This document shows, piece after piece, positions 62,980 to 64,000 of a DNA stretch of 64,000 bases. Every line of letters begins with the position of its first letter. The stretch's first letter is position 1. The notes below the pieces were generated by a model that searched no databases, was not told the DNA's origin, and saw only the letters and a list, made by a program, of their open reading frames with translations. The position numbers and the translations under genes were made by a program. This DNA is from Takakia lepidozioides (taxonomy: Eukaryota > Plantae > Bryophyta), in the NCBI GenBank assembly GCA_030704615.1, contig CM060733.1:75268001-75332000 (forward strand). The letters are read 5' to 3'.

Positions 62980-63390
62980 TCAGCCCCTTACCTTCTCTTC
63001 TAGTTCTCTAAAGCTTGAAAACAAAAGCCCAATGGACTGAAGGCATGCTCCACACATGCCCCACTCTCACCACCAGAGAATCAGACCCTTTGCTTTTTTT
63101 CTTGCACCCACCAACCTGAAAATACACGCTTCAGCGGGCTGGAAGCATGCTCCACACATGCCCTACAGGGAAACCAGCCCCTTCCTTCCTTTCTTGCACT
63201 CCCAAACCTGAAAGTACAAGCCTTCAACAGGCTGAAAGCATGCTCCACATATGCATTGCTCTCACATAAAGGAAGTCAGCCCTTCCCTCTTCCTTGCTTG
63301 CCCTCCAAGCTTGAAGATGGAAGCTTCAATGAGCTGAATACATGCTCCACACATGCAACCCCTTCACACAAGAGGTATCAGCCCCCTATC
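62980..63390. repeat. Four degenerate ~95-100 bp tandem units containing CATGCTCCACACATGC
   Basis: Cores at ~63044, 63146, 63239, 63341. Confidence 0.8.
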
Positions 63391-63774
63391 TTGGCTCATT
63401 GGCTCCTTAATGCTCTCTAAGACAAGACTAAGCACTCCACAGCCCTTGCCAAGCTCCTGAAACCCTAAGGCTTACATTTCCAGCCACAAAACACTCCTCT
63501 TGTGGTGCAAGAGCTCTTCTCTCTGAAACCCTGGGTGCACATTCCATGGCCTTGCCGCACCTCTTAGCTCCTGTTCCAACCCTGCAACATGGTGCTTTCA
63601 TCTCTGAAGCTGAAGATCGAATGCCAAGGTCTACCACCTCATAACCCACATCGCTTCCGCTTCTAACAACCAAGAGCTCCACGGTGCTCCTTGCATAACA
63701 ACCTGGTTTCTCTCATTCTCAAGCAAAAACCACAAGTGCTACAACTAACTCGTATCTGGCACTCACAGATACGA

Positions 63775-63790
63775 GCTCATCTTTCTCGAG
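63775..63790 (-). promoter_or_regulatory. Putative non-tRNA (self-priming) primer binding site
   Basis: Minus strand CTCGAGAAAGATGAGC directly follows the 5' LTR, lacks the TGG of tRNA PBSs, and is exactly complementary to LTR sequence 39704-39719. Confidence 0.6.
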
Positions 63791-64000
63791 TGATAAAGAA
63801 GAAGAATACAAGCTCAAGCTCATGCGAGCTCACAAAGCTGAAGCATAAACTCATGCATATATAACCTCATCACTCAAATACAAGTCAAGCCAAGTGCACC
63901 CCACGCCATGGGGAATCCACACTATGGCGCCATAGCTAGGCGCGAAGATGAGCCTCCCGCGCTTGCCGTGAAGATAACCACTCCAGGGCCTAAATTTGCC
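63791..64000 (-). repeat. 5' LTR (partial, truncated by window end)
   Basis: Starts TGATAAAGAAG (minus ...TTTATCA). Near-identical to 39540-39765 except an 18-bp deletion at 63944/63945. Confidence 0.9.

Larger units (their letters stand above)
39361..64000 (-). mobile_element. Ty3/Gypsy LTR retrotransposon carrying DNMT and PHD domains; interrupted by CACTA; 5' LTR runs off window
   Basis: LTR copies at ~39540..40043 and 63791..>64000. Polypurine tract (minus AGGGGGGCGAT, 40044-40054). Domain order gag-PR-(DNMT)-RT-RH-IN-(PHD). Confidence 0.93.

Overview
Eukaryotic, intron-containing, transposon-saturated region. It is probably a non-seed plant or streptophyte (inference from the CACTA/Gypsy content and CHG-type mutation bias), and no clear host gene is present. 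It is a nest of at least six elements. (E1) a >13 kb Mutator-like element (1..13137, left end off-window) inserted in a CACTA copy whose terminus survives at 13138..14430. (E3) a related, AT-richer element of uncertain limits (~15.5-39.3 kb), interrupted by (E2) a complete 12.5 kb Mutator-like element (23260..35792, TIRs plus 8-9 bp TSD). A minus-strand Ty3/Gypsy LTR element (39.4 kb to the window end) is interrupted inside its integrase by a complete 12.7 kb CACTA element (41384..54046, TSD CCA). Most notable: E1, E2 and E3 each carry a spliced gene fusing a ParB/Srx-like domain (VWDGxHR) to a beta-class amino(N4C/N6A)-methyltransferase-like domain. Each is also studded with its own family-specific 19-22 bp palindrome, resembling a ParB-parS type system on a eukaryotic DNA transposon. 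The Gypsy polyprotein carries a DNMT3-like C5 methyltransferase between protease and RT and a PHD finger after integrase, and appears to self-prime. The CACTA accessory gene carries an FCP1/NIF-like phosphatase domain. All domain calls are by motif recognition only, and exon boundaries are approximate.
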